A DNA stretch of 62,944 bases, filler included, from Olpidium bornovanus S191 (Eukaryota > Fungi > Olpidiomycota): assembly GCA_017911155.1 (NCBI GenBank). It is 27 parts of 27 records of this genome, joined end to end, with 100 filler letters (N's around TTAATTAATTAA, not from the genome) between each part and the next. Parts side by side here need not be neighbours in the genome. Positions count along the whole stretch, not along the records: positions 58,918 to 61,287 come from JAEFCI010012403.1; positions 61,388 to 62,944 come from JAEFCI010013474.1; 25 more parts are not named here. One strand, 5' to 3'. The notes below the pieces were generated by a model. The model saw nothing but the letters and a program-made list of their open reading frames with translations. It was not told the DNA's origin and did not search any database. Made by a program: the position numbers and the translations under genes. Positions 60,623 through 62,944 of the stretch are shown here, piece after piece (the first letter of the stretch is position 1; each line of letters begins with the position of its first letter).

Positions 60623-61387
60623 CCTCCTTCTCCTCCCCATCCCCCTCCCCCGCTCTTCGCCTCCGCCTTCCGGCGGCGCTTTGTGGCCCATCACACACGT
60701 TCGCACCAGTTGGAAGACATTCATGCCTGCCGGTTCCGGGGAGATATTACGTGTTTGAAAGCCCAACAAAGAAACCAAAAAAAAAAAAAAAAAAAATCTC
60801 GCCCCTGGGCCCCCCCCCCCGCCGCCTCACCCAGACGGGGCCCGCAGGAAAAGCTTCCCCAGGGTTCTGGAGGAGGTGTAGTTGCTGCGATCTGCCGCCA
60901 ATCAAAAAAATATGCTCGCAGGATTTTCGGGAAATCAAAAAAAAAAAAAAAAAAAAAAATCCCGCGAACAAAATCCGAGATGTCCCACCGTCCAGGCGGG
61001 TGAGATACGCCCCGGGGAACAGCAAGCAGAAAACGGCGGAAGGGGATTTCCTCAGACCCGGAAGAAGCAAGATGTGAACGCCAGGACCCGGCACCATCCA
61101 CGCCCCAGGCGACTGCTGCAGTCGCAATTCGCGTTGAAAGAAAAAAGACGAAAATTGTTTACCACGGCGACACCGCTGGGGAACGGGTTGTGACACCAGA
61201 ACAAGGACGGAACCAGAGAGAGTGCAGGGAACACAAAATCACAGGGGTGCAAACCCGTTTAGAGTTTCCGAACGGCGGCAGCACATGNNNNNNNNNNNNN
61301 NNNNNNNNNNNNNNNNNNNNNNNNNNNNNNNTTAATTAATTAANNNNNNNNNNNNNNNNNNNNNNNNNNNNNNNNNNNNNNNNNNNN

Positions 61388-61427
<40 letters not shown>

Positions 61428-61441
61428 GAGCGCAAATTCAC

Positions 61442-62083
61442 CGTCCGGTAGTCGTCCAGCGCCCGGACTTCCCCAAACCGGCGCAGGCGCGCGAGCATGC
61501 GAGCGACGTCGATGGGGTTCCTGAAGTCCTGGAACACCAAGTAGGACTTGCCGCGTTTCCGGAAGTCGGCGTAGTACGGCATAAGCTCGGAACACACTTT
61601 GATGAAGTCCGCCCTGGCCTGCCCGCGGCCGGCGGCGGCGGAGGCGGCGGAGGCGGAGAGGGACTTGGCGGCGGGCGCGGACGGCGCCGCGCGGGAATCG
61701 GCGGACCGCGAAAGGGACGACGAGAGGGAGGCGCTCTCTTCCAGCTTCGGGCCCGGGCGGACGCTCATCGCCGCCAGTTTCCGCAGGTAGATGTCGTCGT
61801 TGTACGCGAGGACCTTGAACCTCCTGCAGACGCGCGCCGCCCGCGCCAGCGCGGGCAGCGGCAGGTGGCGGAACAGCCTCAGCAGGATGTCCGGAGTCAG
61901 CGTCGCGGGGCCTCTCGGCGTGGGGGGCGCGGCGGCGCCGGCCGCGGCCGCCGTGTTGCTCGCCGCGGACGGCGAGCGCAGGCGCAGGGGCGAGAACATC
62001 GCAGCGACGGCCGCCTTGACGCTCTCTGGCGTGGCGCCGTCCTTCAGCTCCTGCACGATGCCGGCGGCGGGCGGCAGTCTCAT
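61442..62083 (-). CDS. RCY1: F-box protein recyclin-1, first exon
   Basis: LTPDILLRLFRHLPLPALARAARVCRRFKVLAYNDDIY...LMPYYADFRK...LVFQDFRNPIDVARMLARLRRF. Confidence 0.8.
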
Positions 62084-62595
62084 GGTCGGCTGTGCGCCCG
62101 CCTCCTCGGGCCGGCCCTTTCCCCCCCCCCCCTTGGGCGCACCCCCCCCCCGCCCCCCCCCGCCCCGCTCCGCCCCGCCCCGCGCCACACCGCCCCCGCA
62201 CGGCCCTCGGCCTGGCACGGGAGAGACGGACCTCTCGCAGCGGCGGGCGGAGGGACGGAGTGGGAGGGGGAGGAGGGGAGGACGAGGGCGAAGGGCAGAC
62301 CGGCTTTTGCGCCGCCGGCGGATCGGCCGGCGAAAGAGCGTCCGGCGAAGCGGGGCCGGAGCGGGCCCACCGCGACGCACGCCGCAGGAAGGCGCCGGCT
62401 GCCGGCCGGGGCAAAACGCAGGAGGAGGATGGCTCGCGGAAAGCCCGGGGCGGAAACGGGGGGCAGCAGCAGCAGCAGCAGCAGCAGCAGCGGGCGAGGG
62501 CGGACGGCCGGGCGGGGCGGGCGGTATGCGGAGGCGTCCCGGCCCTCTTTTGTTTTTTTTTTTTCCTGGCGCTGAGAAAAAGGAGAGAGACCCCC

Positions 62596-62626
<31 letters not shown>

Positions 62627-62944
62627 CTGTGACGAAAGACGCGCTCCTTTCCCCTCCCCCCAGCGGCCAATAAACACGAAAAAAAAAAAAAAAAAAAAAA
62701 AAAACCACAACGGCCTCCCTCGTTCCCTTTCTCTCGCACGAAAACACACAACCAAGCACACACACACATACACACACACACCTTCTCCCTCCCTCTCTCT
62801 CATCAAACCCACTCCGCGCGCGTCATGCTGTGGAGGCCATCACACAAGGAACGGCGGCGCCTGCGGCTTGCGCTGCTGATGTCCCTGCTCCTGCAGCCGT
62901 CGCTTTCCGCGTCGTCGTCGTCGCCGTCGCCGCCGCCGCCGCGC

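Overview
This window is not one contiguous locus. It is 27 short eukaryotic contigs (about 1-6 kb) joined by an artificial 100-bp spacer (N44-TTAATTAATTAA-N44, stops in all six frames), so neighbours across spacers mean nothing. The DNA is GC-rich and intron-rich, with GT-AG introns and CTRAC-type branch points. It carries fungal markers (eEF3, SKN7, RCY1, fungal perilipins) alongside centriole/cilium genes (CEP78, POC5, TTC16-like). I infer a zoosporic, early-diverging fungus; Olpidium-like is a guess. Most genes are cut at contig ends. Recognised genes: PIM/PASK-like kinase, eEF3, MTAP, F-box/LRR, SPT16, SOD-fold mitoribosomal protein, CEP78, two perilipins, LSG1, a membrane-anchored class I phosphodiesterase, POC5, a WD40 exon, an OCIA-like protein, TMEM135, M1 aminopeptidase, TTC16, an NmrA-like gene with an internal TAA, RPS15, KAT14, EDE1, SKN7, a double-bromodomain protein and RCY1. 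There is also a nested Ty3/gypsy graveyard with a 590-bp solo LTR (5-bp TSD) inside an RT gene. I saw no tRNA, rRNA or CRISPR array. I found no single self-contained new multi-gene system. The best leads are the OCIAD1-like gene, the cyclase-anchor/PDE fusion, the centriole toolkit, the nested solo LTR and the strong CATG bias at contig ends. All family assignments come from motif recall, not database searches.
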